A stretch of 64,000 nucleotides of DNA from Saccharolobus islandicus REY15A (GCF_000189555.1 NC_017276.1), one strand, 5' to 3'. Positions 43,170-53,662 are shown, counted from the stretch's first letter. The notes: generated from the sequence alone by a model not told the origin. Made by a program: numbers and translations.

Positions 43170-44951
43170 GTTGCCTAATCTTATAACTATTGGCCTAGGA
43201 TCTCCTAAAAATCTCACGAGAGCTTCTCCTCTACCCATGAACATTAAATTGTTAGATAATGTATCGTTATCAACATTAACAAACCTTCTTACCTCCTCCC
43301 AGAATTTTTTATCTCCATTATTCATAAATACCACTACTCCTATATTATCTAGATATATATTAACTAGGTCACCTAGATCTTCTAAGTTTTGCGTTGCCAT
43401 AATGATGGAAATTCCATGCCCTCTTCCTCTTTTTACTAGATCTACAACAATGGGATAATCTTCGGATTCATTTTTTAAAATAGTCCATGCTTCATCCAAT
43501 ACTAAGAATACTCTAGACATATCATATATTTTTTCTAATGAAAATTTATTATATATCTCTTGCAGAACGGAATATATTATAAGTCTTTTTACTTCTTCAC
43601 TTTTAATCAGAGTGAGATCTATTACATTTATCTCATTTTCGCTAATTCCATGTAGCAAGGGTGGCAATTCCGAATCCTCCATTGAGGATAATATGTTTAT
43701 TAACTTGCCGAGATAATACTTTAACTGAAAATCGTTTAATTCGTCTAAATATTTTTCTAAATCTTTCCACTTAATTCTATATTTTAAGTAGCCAGTGTCT
43801 ATTAGTCTATTTAGATAAGTGTATAAAATAGATGAGCTAAACTTGCTTAATCTGAATGAATTGAGAAGTATTTTCTCTATCTGAAGCAACTTAATCTTTA
43901 TAGGAATTTCATATTCATCAAGAAGTCCTAGTCTATAAAATAACGGATTTATCAATTGAAATGGCACTTTATATTTAGAAAGTCTATGTTTTATATCACC
44001 CTTTATATCAAATAGGATTATTGTACCTCCATAGATCACATTTAGCAGCGTGGATAGCCAGATTAAAAACTCGGTTTTACCTGAACCAGTAGGCCCAACA
44101 ATTAATAGATGAGTGTTCTGACTTTTGGTTATATTCCAAAATACTAGGCTATTATTATTAGGATCCTTTCCTAACAATATTCCATCAATTATAATACCAT
44201 TATTAGGCTTTTTCTCTATAGAAATTGGTGTTAAATATGGAATTTGGGTAGGTAATACAATTTTGTTAAAATTTAATTTTGAACGAAAAAAATCTTTTAA
44301 TAATTCTTGTATTTCATTTAGTGTAGCTATTCTGGTTTTTATACCAAGACCTTCTAATCCTTGCCTAATCATGGATGCGGTAGCTAGCGCTGAGTTTTTA
44401 TCTTTAGAGTTAACAATTATGTACATTTCATATTTAAATGGATTCTCACCAGATTCGATTCTTGATATTATAGTTTCCATTAGTTCGAGCTTTCTTTTAG
44501 CTTTCTCATTTGAAGGATCACTATCGATCATTATCCGGAGCGCTTGCATTTTCTGTGAAAGCGATTCTACGTATGAGTTTTTATCGAAGCTCTCTTTCTT
44601 TAATACTATGTTGATATCCTTTGCTATGTCCAAAATTTTATAGAATGACGATATGTATGATTTCAGATTCGAGTTTGTAAAATCTTTGTAATCCATTTGT
44701 ATATCATCTATTATTAAAACTGCACTAGCTTTCTTTTCACTATAGAATACTCCATCTTCGATATTATACATTTGGATTTGTCTTGTATGTCTTGATATAT
44801 AACTAAAAATCTTCTTATTACTCTGAAACATAAGTACTGCTATAATAATAAGTGGTATTAAGTATATTAATTTATATAAAAACATAATTGTTATAAATAT
44901 TGATATTATTAATAATCCAATGATTCTTGAGTTGAAGTCTTTTACGTCCAT
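43149..44951 (-). CDS. cedB: Membrane-anchored VirB4/HerA-like ATPase (Ced DNA-import ATPase CedB)
   Basis: Two N-terminal TM helices, VGPTGSGKT, LVLDEAW, KRGRGHG...ATQN. Start set to ATG 44951. The cedB name rests on recalled family and synteny. Confidence 0.75.
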   Translation of the reverse strand: MDVKDFNSRIIGLLIISIFITIMFLYKLIYLIPLIIIAVLMFQSNKKIFSYISRHTRQIQMYNIEDGVFYSEKKASAVLIIDDIQMDYKDFTNSNLKSYISSFYKILDIAKDINIVLKKESFDKNSYVESLSQKMQALRIMIDSDPSNEKAKRKLELMETIISRIESGENPFKYEMYIIVNSKDKNSALATASMIRQGLEGLGIKTRIATLNEIQELLKDFFRSKLNFNKIVLPTQIPYLTPISIEKKPNNGIIIDGILLGKDPNNNSLVFWNITKSQNTHLLIVGPTGSGKTEFLIWLSTLLNVIYGGTIILFDIKGDIKHRLSKYKVPFQLINPLFYRLGLLDEYEIPIKIKLLQIEKILLNSFRLSKFSSSILYTYLNRLIDTGYLKYRIKWKDLEKYLDELNDFQLKYYLGKLINILSSMEDSELPPLLHGISENEINVIDLTLIKSEEVKRLIIYSVLQEIYNKFSLEKIYDMSRVFLVLDEAWTILKNESEDYPIVVDLVKRGRGHGISIIMATQNLEDLGDLVNIYLDNIGVVVFMNNGDKKFWEEVRRFVNVDNDTLSNNLMFMGRGEALVRFLGDPRPIVIRLGNLASSTL

Positions 44952-44987
44952 ATTCACTATTATTAAAAAATTGTGAGTGACTGAAGA

Positions 44988-44993
44988 GAAACT
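44988..44993 (-). promoter_or_regulatory. ANTTTC DNA-damage-responsive promoter element (cedB)
   Basis: AGTTTC ending 37 nt upstream of the cedB ATG; the motif is known from UV-inducible Sulfolobus promoters. Confidence 0.55.
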
Positions 44994-45621
44994 ATAGTTC
45001 AATATTAGCGTGAACTAACCTTAAATCTTCTTCAGTCTTCTTTAACCTTATCATTAGCTCAGCTACAATTCCATCTAAGAATATTTGTGTTGTATCTTCA
45101 AATAATGTACCTAATGGTGCTAACGGTTCAGTTATTCCAAGAATTTGTCTTGCGAAGTAGTCTTCATTTTTCGAATACTTTGTTCTACCCGGGATTTCAA
45201 TTACTACATCGGATATTTTTGCTAGGGGACTATCGAAGTAACTTGTTATCGATATCAATTTAGCTCCAGCTTCTTTCGCCGCCTCTGCGGCTGTCAATAT
45301 TAATTTGGTTCTACCAGAACCGGAAATAGCAACTACTATATCGTTCTTCCCAATAGCGGGTACGATGGTTTCCCCTAAAACATAGGAGTTAAAACCTAAA
45401 TGAAGCAATCTCATAGCAAAAGCTCTTCCTACTAATCCACTTCTACCTGCTCCCATTACTAATACTTTTCCATTGCGGTTATTTTTATAGAAATTTTCCA
45501 ATTCACTTATCATTTTACTTGTTTGTTCTGGTTTTATTGCTTTGGCTGCCCTAAGTATAAATTCAGCTATATCGTACATTGTCTTTAAAGAAAGAGGATA
45601 GTCGTCGAGAGAAGATGACAA
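44992..45621 (-). CDS. hxlB: 6-phospho-3-hexuloisomerase (SIS domain)
   Basis: [34 protein letters not shown] start. Confidence 0.92.
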   Translation of the reverse strand: MSSSLDDYPLSLKTMYDIAEFILRAAKAIKPEQTSKMISELENFYKNNRNGKVLVMGAGRSGLVGRAFAMRLLHLGFNSYVLGETIVPAIGKNDIVVAISGSGRTKLILTAAEAAKEAGAKLISITSYFDSPLAKISDVVIEIPGRTKYSKNEDYFARQILGITEPLAPLGTLFEDTTQIFLDGIVAELMIRLKKTEEDLRLVHANIEL

Positions 45622-45830
45622 ATTCGGACCGCCAATTATTATCTTACTTTATTCATTATATAAGTATTGCTCTTTCTGCTATATCACTGCACTTATATTA
45701 TTTATACTAAAGCTAAGTCCATTTTTCTCTTTTTACATCTATACTTGTCTAATACGTAATTATGAGTCCTGTCATCAATATTACTTTCTCATTTCAACAC
45801 TACAAAGAATCGAGCTTGGACCATTTGGTG

Positions 45831-46829
45831 AGCTTCCCGTATAAAAACTTTTCCATGAAAAATCGAGCATAGCCACACTACTTATGCAAGTGATGAAACC
45901 TGCTTTACTCACTAGGGTCAAAGGACTTATTATAATACAGCACAGCCCAAGTAATAACAGCCTAGTACATGCAACAATCAGCTTCTTACCCCTAAGCCTA
46001 CCCTTGTGCTCCTCATAAAAACGCTTAATTACCGGGTTAACTCTAATAGCGACTAGAGCTGGAAGATAGAAAGCCCTCCTCAAAACAGCATCACCCCTCT
46101 TAGAAATACCTCTCAATACAACACTCTTACCACTAGACTCAACAACAAGACCACAATAAGCAACAAACCTCTTCTTGCTCTCAAAACGCTTAACATCACC
46201 AACCCTAGCCAAGATAATACAACCCAAGGTTTTACCAATACCCGGAATAGTGAAAATCAAACTATCCTTGGGGACTAACTCTCCAAGCCTCTCCAACTCC
46301 TCCAAGAGAAACCTCAGACAACACTATACTATCCCCACCCCTCAAAACCTCCTCCAAATTCCTCTTGGACAGACTATCCTTATAGCCTAAAAGTATCAAA
46401 TCCCTCCTCAACCTTAACCCTAGCAATACTCCTAGTAACAAAATCCCATTGGCTCGTTAACTTCCTAGCATCACTTACTTCAACTTATCCCCCATATTTA
46501 CAACTAATTCCGCAAGCATCATTCTTATCACTCTTCTTACCCCTAAAATCCTTGAACTTCTTGAGTACAAAGGGATTAATAATCCTAACATCATACTCAC
46601 TCATCAAGTACTTTGCTAGGTTAACGTGATAAACTCCAGTACTTTCTATACCTATCTTACAACCCTTAGGCAAGATCTTCCTTATCTCCTCAAACCCTTG
46701 CCTATCATTAGCAAACTCGTAGTATTTGTCTTGGAAATACATAATTAATTTATCTTTTGATACATCTATTCCTGCAACTGGGGCCTCCACTTTTCTCACC
46801 CTTATGTTTTATTCGGGCTTCAAGAGAGC
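45831..46829 (-). mobile_element. Degenerate IS110-family element (ISC1190-like) with frameshifted/deleted transposase
   Basis: N-terminal DEDD piece (AGIDVSK, IGIESTG, KKSDKNDA) at 46485-46790. C-terminal piece (TIPGIG, FVAYCGL-VESSGK, GDAVLRRAFY) ends at stop 45905. GCT occurs at both putative ends. Confidence 0.9.
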
Positions 46830-47163
46830 ATCCAAAGCGCAAATAATTCAATAAATCTATGTACAAGTTTACAGATAATTATTCAAAAATAGAGATAAGT
46901 TATTGAGAAATTTTGAATTTTCTCTATATTTGGTTATTTTCCCCACAATATAAGTTTAATCTTACGTTATATTAAAAGATATGATTGCATTTCATTCCTT
47001 ATAATCCATAATACTATATTCTCCCTTGCTATTTTTATTCAATTATTTGCATTCGAGACAGTCTCTCAACAATATTGTTTAATGTATACGACATGTCCTA
47101 ATAATAATTTGGAAGAAATGAGTACTTAATATTATATATTTGGCCTCCACAATTATATTACCA

Positions 47164-47457
47164 ATGTCAACGAGATGGTCACCTAAGTGGAAAGCAATAG
47201 AGATTGATCATAATAATAAAAAGGTTACAATTTGCTATGATGAAACTACTAAGCTTTACGTTTGTCCTATATGCTCACCAAATTGTGCTAAAGGTGTGTC
47301 AACCGACTATAGTACATATTTTTTTGATTTAGAAGATTTAAAAAGGCATTTAGATGCACATAAACATGGGTTATGGTTACAGAAAAAGATAAGAACTGAA
47401 GAAGAGGAAGAGGAACCTAAGCTATCAGTTGGTGAAGAAGAAATTGAAGAGGAATAA
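47164..47457 (+). CDS. Small C2H2-type zinc-finger protein with acidic tail
   Basis: YVCPIC...FFDLEDLKRHLDAH, then EEEEEEP...EEEIEEE. ATG 47164 preferred to the TTG at 47140. Confidence 0.75.
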   Translation: MSTRWSPKWKAIEIDHNNKKVTICYDETTKLYVCPICSPNCAKGVSTDYSTYFFDLEDLKRHLDAHKHGLWLQKKIRTEEEEEEPKLSVGEEEIEEE

Positions 47458-48217
47458 GATATTAATAGTAGGAGGATTTACAATAGACGAGATACAAGGG
47501 AAGATAAGACCGGGTGGACCTTTAATATATTCATCACTTGGCGTAATGAGGGGTGGTGGTATACCAAAACTGTATGGAGTAATAGGAGAGGATTTTAATT
47601 TTGAGATAGATTTTATATCTGATTTAGAGAAGCAACTGATATATGACAAATATACAATTAGGTTTAAAATTGATTTAACGAATAGTGGGAGAAGATTAAT
47701 CTTACTTAAAAAGCCTAAAAGTAAGATAAGAGTGATCGATGATAACACAGTTGATGGAATTCTGGTAAATCCAGTGTGTAAGGAAATTGACAATATTAAT
47801 ATTCAAAGCTCTGCTCCCATAGCAGTAGATATTCAAGGTTTTATTAGGAATTGTGTAGAGTCAGAAGAAATTAAATATGAAAGGGGTTTAAGTTTTCCAT
47901 TTAATAGTAATTACATGGTACTACATGGCAATATGGAGGAATTTGAATCTTCTAAACTAGAATTAAGCGATCTATTTAAATCAGGTTTTAAGGAAATCAT
48001 AATTTCAGATGGACATAATGGGTTCAACGTTTATACGTACACGCTAGCAAAATATACTTACAGACCTAGTAGAACAGGCAGAAACGAAGTAGGAACGGGT
48101 GACTTCTTGTTAGGAGCATATTTTGCGTTAAGGTTAAGTGGACTGGAGATTATTGAAGCAGCTACTATTGCAGGTAAACTTACAGAGGAATTTAGCAATT
48201 CTGAATTCTTGATATAG
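47444..48217 (+). CDS. PfkB/ribokinase family kinase
   Basis: IVGGFTID, PGGPLIYSS, VGTGD anion hole. TTG 47444 with GGTGA upstream. Confidence 0.8.
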   Translation: MKRNKILIVGGFTIDEIQGKIRPGGPLIYSSLGVMRGGGIPKLYGVIGEDFNFEIDFISDLEKQLIYDKYTIRFKIDLTNSGRRLILLKKPKSKIRVIDDNTVDGILVNPVCKEIDNINIQSSAPIAVDIQGFIRNCVESEEIKYERGLSFPFNSNYMVLHGNMEEFESSKLELSDLFKSGFKEIIISDGHNGFNVYTYTLAKYTYRPSRTGRNEVGTGDFLLGAYFALRLSGLEIIEAATIAGKLTEEFSNSEFLI

Positions 48218-49085
48218 TTTCGATAATGTCGTAATTTTTCCACTCACCTAATCTACCACAGTTTATTACATTTGGTAGCATTTTATCATTTATTTCGCCA
48301 AATAGAAGAGCTTCTGATATCAATTTACTTCTAAAGGCTACTATCTCATTGAGGGATATTATTTGTCTTCTTTTTAGATCTAGTATTATTCTATCTATAT
48401 CAATGTTCTTTTGATTCGTATCAATGAAGGAGTAAACATAATATAAGTCGAGATCTTTAATGATATTATCTAGCCTAATTATTACTGAGAAAGAATCTGC
48501 TGTATCTCCGCTCAAGTGCACATTCCAATCTCTCTCATATTCTTTCCTTGCTAATATCATTAAAGTCAGCACTGATTTGTGCTTTAGATTTGAGTTATCC
48601 AATCCTAATAATTTGCTCATTTTTTTCAAAGATCCAGTGTTATATGTCTTGGTGTATTTATACACATTTCCCTTATTAGTTATAATTTTCTTATCATCTA
48701 TCCTTATAGGATATTCCTTAACTATTCTCACATTTTTAGATAAAGTAGCTATAAAATCCGGGATATTCCGTACGACGTATAATTTTCTCATTAAATCAAA
48801 ATTCAACCATGTAGGTAACTTATCGCAAAATTTGCAAATTTTATCTTTAAAATAGTCATATTTTCTGTACAATATTTTTAAATCATACTCAATATAGCTA
48901 AGTCCTATGTTTGTCAGTTTCATAGGATTATTTATTATCGGCAACACATAAGGCAAATCTACTCCAAACACATTATCAGAAGCGAAAACACCACCAATGA
49001 CAGGCTGCTCTTCCAGTATTAAATCAGCGTTTACTCTCTTACTTAGCAACAATCCAGCTATTCCTGCACCTATTATGATAATCAT
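48192..49085 (-). CDS. FAD/NAD(P)-binding oxidoreductase
   Basis: IIGAGIAG, EEQPVIGG, C-terminal CGRLGEW. Confidence 0.75.
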   Translation of the reverse strand: MIIIIGAGIAGLLLSKRVNADLILEEQPVIGGVFASDNVFGVDLPYVLPIINNPMKLTNIGLSYIEYDLKILYRKYDYFKDKICKFCDKLPTWLNFDLMRKLYVVRNIPDFIATLSKNVRIVKEYPIRIDDKKIITNKGNVYKYTKTYNTGSLKKMSKLLGLDNSNLKHKSVLTLMILARKEYERDWNVHLSGDTADSFSVIIRLDNIIKDLDLYYVYSFIDTNQKNIDIDRIILDLKRRQIISLNEIVAFRSKLISEALLFGEINDKMLPNVINCGRLGEWKNYDIIETISRIQNC

Positions 49086-49107
49086 TAACTTATACCATAT
49101 AACAAAA

Positions 49108-49425
49108 TCAAATTAAAACTTCTGAAAAATTGGGACCCGGCGGAAAATCCTTGAACTCATTTTGATAAATATCCCCTCCGCTTTCTCTTAGCTGATCAAT
49201 CTTTCCGTGACTGGTTACTGCGCTTACTATAAGGTCTATTATCTCATCATCAGTATACTCTATAACACTTATAGTCTTATTTCCTATTTGTAACATTGGC
49301 GTAGAACATAATAAGCTAAATTCTGCTTCAGCATTCACGTTAGGATATGACATCTTTAAATTGTAAATAGTCTTTGCTAGCCCCATATCACCATTGGGTC
49401 CAAAAATTAATTTTATGTGCATCAT
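49108..49425 (-). CDS. Hypothetical protein
   Basis: 105-aa ORF co-oriented with the oxidoreductase. Confidence 0.6.
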   Translation of the reverse strand: MMHIKLIFGPNGDMGLAKTIYNLKMSYPNVNAEAEFSLLCSTPMLQIGNKTISVIEYTDDEIIDLIVSAVTSHGKIDQLRESGGDIYQNEFKDFPPGPNFSEVLI

Positions 49426-49488
49426 TTCTACTATACTGGCTCTATAAGGCTAAGTTTTATAACAGATAGGGATAAATAATACGTGGTT

Positions 49489-49743
49489 ATGCGTTCGTTT
49501 TTAGGTACCCTAGTTGCTCTACAAGAAGCAGCGGTGTACGATTATAGTAAGGATTATAAAGAAATTGAAAAAGCAATGCAAGAAGCCAAGAGAGTATACA
49601 AGGGATTAAAGGTGAAAATTCTTAATTTATCTAATATCGAAGATAGAATGGAACTCATAGATCTGGACCCCGATATGGGACAATATAAAGAAGGCTATGT
49701 AGTTGTTGTAAAAGTACCAGAAACACCATTATCTGACGAATAA
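49489..49743 (+). CDS. Hypothetical protein
   Basis: About 84 aa, divergent from the previous ORF; ATG 49489 or GTG 49483. Confidence 0.6.
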   Translation: MRSFLGTLVALQEAAVYDYSKDYKEIEKAMQEAKRVYKGLKVKILNLSNIEDRMELIDLDPDMGQYKEGYVVVVKVPETPLSDE

Positions 49744-50964
49744 TATCAAAAATAAATAAATGATAATTGCATTTGGTATTAAAATAGGTATAGTATACTT
49801 CATAAATTCTACGAAATTAAATCCTTTTCCACCTCTACTCTCAGAAGCTTCGGAAATTATCACGTTACTTGCTGCGCCTAATATGGTAAAGTTACCCGCT
49901 ATAGTACTACCAGCGGCTAATGCCAACCAGTCAACTACTGTAATATTACCATGAGAGATCATGATCGGAATGTAAATTGCAACCAATGGCACATTGCTCA
50001 ATACTTGACTCAACAAAATACTCACGATCATTATGCTAGCCACGTTATCTGGAGGTGGAAGAAAATTAGCTAAATATTGTATAATTCCAGATTTCAATAC
50101 TCCCTCAGTAAATATAAATAATCCAATAAAAAATAATATAGTTGGCCAATCCATTCTTCTTACAATATCCCTTCTATTTTCCGTTATAAGAAGTAAGAGC
50201 GATGATGTAACTAATGAGCCTAGTAAAATATCTATTTTAAAGAAACTTAAGGAAAAAAATAATATTACAGTGACTGCCAATAAGGCTAATGTAAGATATC
50301 CAAGTCTTCTATCGAAATCTATTTTTCCTTCCTCTTTTTTCATATTAAGTCCATTTGGTAAAGACAGTGATTTTCTAAATAGTCGAAAGAGTATAAAATA
50401 AGCAATTACTAGACTAATTATTGATGGTAAAGTCAAATATATTGTGAATACAATAAAAGGGTTCCTAATTCCAGATTCTAAAGCTATCAGCAAATTTTGA
50501 GGATTTCCGGTAGGCATTATAACGCTCCCAACTGTAACACCAACTGCTAGTGCATAAAGAAAGGGAACTTCAGAAACGCCTATCATTCTACTTAACTCTA
50601 GGATAACTGGAGTCCAACTTGCTGATATCCCATCATTGGTAACTAAATTAGACAACAAACCAGAATATAAAAGAATATAGAAGAGAACTTTCTTAGGTTC
50701 TTTGTACTTTTCTATAATTTCATATGCAAGAAATTTTAAAAACCCTGAAACTTCTAATGCTGATGCAAATGTAAAAAGGGTAATAAGAAATAATATCACA
50801 TCTAAATTTATTGATTGTAGAGCTTCTTCTGGAGATATTACACCTAGAATAACCATAAGGATGCCACCAAAAAACATTGAAGCCCAAGGTGGTATTTTCG
50901 TAATACCTCTAGAAATTATAAGGCCATAGGTTATCATCATCACTATTAGCGCGCTAACTAGCAT
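49729..50964 (-). CDS. ArsB/NhaD (SLC13-like) anion permease
   Basis: About 12 TM helices, NLVTNDG, PTGNPQNL, LSNVP, AGNFTILGAASN. Confidence 0.88.
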   Translation of the reverse strand: MLVSALIVMMITYGLIISRGITKIPPWASMFFGGILMVILGVISPEEALQSINLDVILFLITLFTFASALEVSGFLKFLAYEIIEKYKEPKKVLFYILLYSGLLSNLVTNDGISASWTPVILELSRMIGVSEVPFLYALAVGVTVGSVIMPTGNPQNLLIALESGIRNPFIVFTIYLTLPSIISLVIAYFILFRLFRKSLSLPNGLNMKKEEGKIDFDRRLGYLTLALLAVTVILFFSLSFFKIDILLGSLVTSSLLLLITENRRDIVRRMDWPTILFFIGLFIFTEGVLKSGIIQYLANFLPPPDNVASIMIVSILLSQVLSNVPLVAIYIPIMISHGNITVVDWLALAAGSTIAGNFTILGAASNVIISEASESRGGKGFNFVEFMKYTIPILIPNAIIIYLFLILFVR

Positions 50965-51171
50965 GTCAGCGTTAACATTTGCATCGATATAAATAAAATT
51001 AGCCTATATTTGCCACGTTAGTAGTTATTGGAAATTCTTAGCTGATTCTTTTGCAGAATCAAGATGTTAGCAAGCTACGAACTTATTGGACTTACTAGTG
51101 AAGTATAATGGATGCGGACGTAAAAAACCGAAGAAAAATTAATTAACCAAATCTCAATTAACTACATACGT

Positions 51172-51271
<100 letters not shown>

Positions 51272-51433
51272 GCAATGGTTCTTTTTGTTGATCTTTTTAT
51301 TAACATATATTCCTTCTTGCACTGTAAGCTTCTTGTTTTTATTCTTCATAATTTAAGTCTTTAATGCACTTATTTGTGATGACGAAAATTTAGTTAGAAA
51401 GATAATTAATTATTTAAAACAACGAGGTTTTAC

Positions 51434-51511
<78 letters not shown>

Positions 51512-51536
51512 TTTAGCTAGCAAATTTGAATTCTCT

Positions 51537-51720
51537 CTGGCCTCCCCACCCTAAAGGATAAGGAATCCTTCTTGGTGGTTCATAGGTTCTCCTCATCGAT
51601 TAGGGTCTACATCTCTCATCCGAGGGGCAGACGAGAGGGTCAGAGATCCCCACACTATGCATATTACTGTTCTCCCATTAATAAGCATTTCACATCCTAC
51701 CCTAAAGGGCAAGGCTTCCG
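51537..51720 (-). mobile_element. Non-autonomous IS200/IS605-type mini-element retaining the tnpB 3' end / omegaRNA region
   Basis: Two related end hairpins, GCCTTGCCCTTTAGGGTAGGAT and CCTTATCCTTTAGGGTGGGGAGG. The interior translates WGSLTLSSAPRMRDVDPNR*GEPMNH, like a Sulfolobus TnpB C-terminus. Confidence 0.75.
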
Positions 51721-51936
51721 GTTATGGCTTTTTAAAGGTTTCTGCAGAATATGGATTATCTCGTAACGTTTATGTTAAGGTATTAATAAAGTAACCAATT
51801 GTAACTTAAAGATAAACTTTGATCTTCAGATAAGGAGAGTCAGAAATTTTATAGACTGCATATCAATGTTGATTGTAATGGTGAACTTGAAACTGCATAT
51901 TACACAAGATTTATTATGTGTTATGATTATTTTAAA

Positions 51937-52007
51937 TCATGGGGTATCTAGTCCCTTGACAGCCCCGAAGAAGGGTATTGCATGAGAGGGACTTCCTGCC
52001 GTGACCA
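51937..52007 (+). ncRNA. H/ACA-like pseudouridylation guide RNA with K-turn
   Basis: Lower stem TCATGG/CCGTGA; pocket GGTATCT and TCCTG; upper stem AGTCCCTT/GAGGGACT; tandem GA K-turn with CAT bulge. The pocket matches conserved 16S GGAUUAGAUACC. No perfect ACA triplet. Confidence 0.72.
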
Positions 52008-52711
52008 TTATATATTATATTCAAGTTTTCCTTTCAATTTTAATGCTGGTTCACACTTCAGTCCTTGATCTTAAATATAGAGAAGTTGATCCAAAAGTAT
52101 GGATTTATTACTCTCCTCTATGCTTATTCATTATTTTTAATTTTCACAATTTATTCATTCCTATTTATTTGTACTCGTTTATAATCACTAATCTCCTATT
52201 TTTAGTTTTGTACAAACTTTCTTTATTAGGTGGGGCCGATTTATTTTTAAACGTAATACTCAGTCTCGCAAACTCCTCAGTTATTTCCCTAGTTCCGAGT
52301 CGTTTCTCGATTATAGGTCTAGAGCCTTTAATTATAGTATTATATTCGTCAATAACAATTTTTATATTTAGTCTAATAAATTTTATAAAGTACTATAGAT
52401 ATGTTAGAAATCTCCCCTTCTCCAAAAGAGTTCTTTTGGCATTATCCGCTAAGAGAATCAAGATAAGAGATTTCATTAACTCGAAGTTTTTATTTCCTTT
52501 GACTGAGATAAAGGAAGACGGTTCAATAACTTTGAGGGAGTATTTTTCAGTAGAGGAAGATGACAAATATTGGCGAGAGCTTTATTCAAAATTAGTTAAT
52601 GAAGGTAAAATTTCAGCAGATATGTATATATGGGTTGCTTGGGGCATCCCAGTAATTCCTTTTATGTTGATAGGATATATAATATCGCTTATTATAGGCT
52701 TCCCAATTTAA
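52001..52711 (+). CDS. pibD: Prepilin/prearchaellin peptidase
   Basis: A24 GxGD-type aspartyl protease: SVLDLKYREV and GGADL; C-terminal WVAWGIPVIPFM. Confidence 0.88.
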   Translation: MTIIYYIQVFLSILMLVHTSVLDLKYREVDPKVWIYYSPLCLFIIFNFHNLFIPIYLYSFIITNLLFLVLYKLSLLGGADLFLNVILSLANSSVISLVPSRFSIIGLEPLIIVLYSSITIFIFSLINFIKYYRYVRNLPFSKRVLLALSAKRIKIRDFINSKFLFPLTEIKEDGSITLREYFSVEEDDKYWRELYSKLVNEGKISADMYIWVAWGIPVIPFMLIGYIISLIIGFPI

Positions 52712-52752
52712 TAATTAAGATTAAAAAGGTGTTTTTAAAAATATTATACGCG

Positions 52753-53631
52753 TTGTATGTATCAAGGATTCTAGTAAACGGCATTAATAAGGATCTGGTA
52801 AAGCAAATAAAGGGATTGTTCAATGAACTTGGATATTCGATTGTCGATAACGATCCTGACATTATAATTTCTGTCAACTCCATTAATAATACTATAAGGA
52901 AATATTTCCTAAAATTTCACAATAAGATTATAATAAATGTTGTACAAGATGGCAGTTCAGTAATTCCTCTAACAAAAGAACATTTGGGTGGTTCCTTAAT
53001 ATCAAGTTTTTTGGCTGACTCCTTAGGTGCAAATTTAGTCCTAACAACGTCCACTGGAGTTAAGGGACTATATAGTGTAGAAGAGTTTAGCTGGCTTAAT
53101 GGTTTTTCAATTCATAATTATGATCACAAAATTGTGAATTCTCTTAATAAAAAGCTAGTAACTGAAGGAAAGGTTAGTGTATACTTAGACTCTTATGAAG
53201 GTAATTATATACTATATGACGGATACTCAGTAGTCGATCATAAGGCAACTGCTGATCTGGTAATTTCTAGACATGTTGATAATTTAGAAGAAAGTAGTGA
53301 TAAGCTATATTTAATGCCTGCTGGCATCTATGTTGGTATAAAGTATCTTGAATCTACCCCCCTAGATGTTCTTGTGTATTCCTTAAAGATGACCTTAAAA
53401 TCTCTTTATATTCTAAATGATAGAATAGATTATATAGTAGTATCTTCTTCATTCAAAGATGATAAGAAATTAAATCAACTTTCGAAATACTATTACTCTA
53501 ATATTATATATATTTCTGACGTGGATGAGTTGTGTTCTTGTGAAACATTGCTTAAAGAATTACAAGTTAAGGTTTTGTTAAGGGATGTGAGAAGAGCGTT
53601 TGGAGTTATAACTTGCCTTGGAGTTAAATAA
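52753..53631 (+). CDS. Divergent CbiG-like protein
   Basis: VVQDGSSVIPLTKEHLGG...LGANLVLTTST resembles CbiG_N. TTG 52753 chosen to avoid overlap with pibD. Confidence 0.65.
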   Translation: MYVSRILVNGINKDLVKQIKGLFNELGYSIVDNDPDIIISVNSINNTIRKYFLKFHNKIIINVVQDGSSVIPLTKEHLGGSLISSFLADSLGANLVLTTSTGVKGLYSVEEFSWLNGFSIHNYDHKIVNSLNKKLVTEGKVSVYLDSYEGNYILYDGYSVVDHKATADLVISRHVDNLEESSDKLYLMPAGIYVGIKYLESTPLDVLVYSLKMTLKSLYILNDRIDYIVVSSSFKDDKKLNQLSKYYYSNIIYISDVDELCSCETLLKELQVKVLLRDVRRAFGVITCLGVK

Positions 53632-53662
53632 ATATAAAGATGTATTCTGTTAATTTTAATAA

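Noticed and set aside
45781-46390. ORF 45781..46305 as an intact transposase, and 46175..46390
   Set aside because: The first is frameshifted near its C-terminus and reads into the non-coding end. The second is antisense. Both are parts of the decayed IS.
46830-47130. AT-rich stretch that might be a pseudogene or origin
   Set aside because: Multiple stops, no recognisable protein motif, and no ORB-like repeats or adjacent orc1/cdc6.
51572-51766. 64-aa plus-strand ORF
   Set aside because: Antisense reading of the IS605-type mini-element with no protein features.
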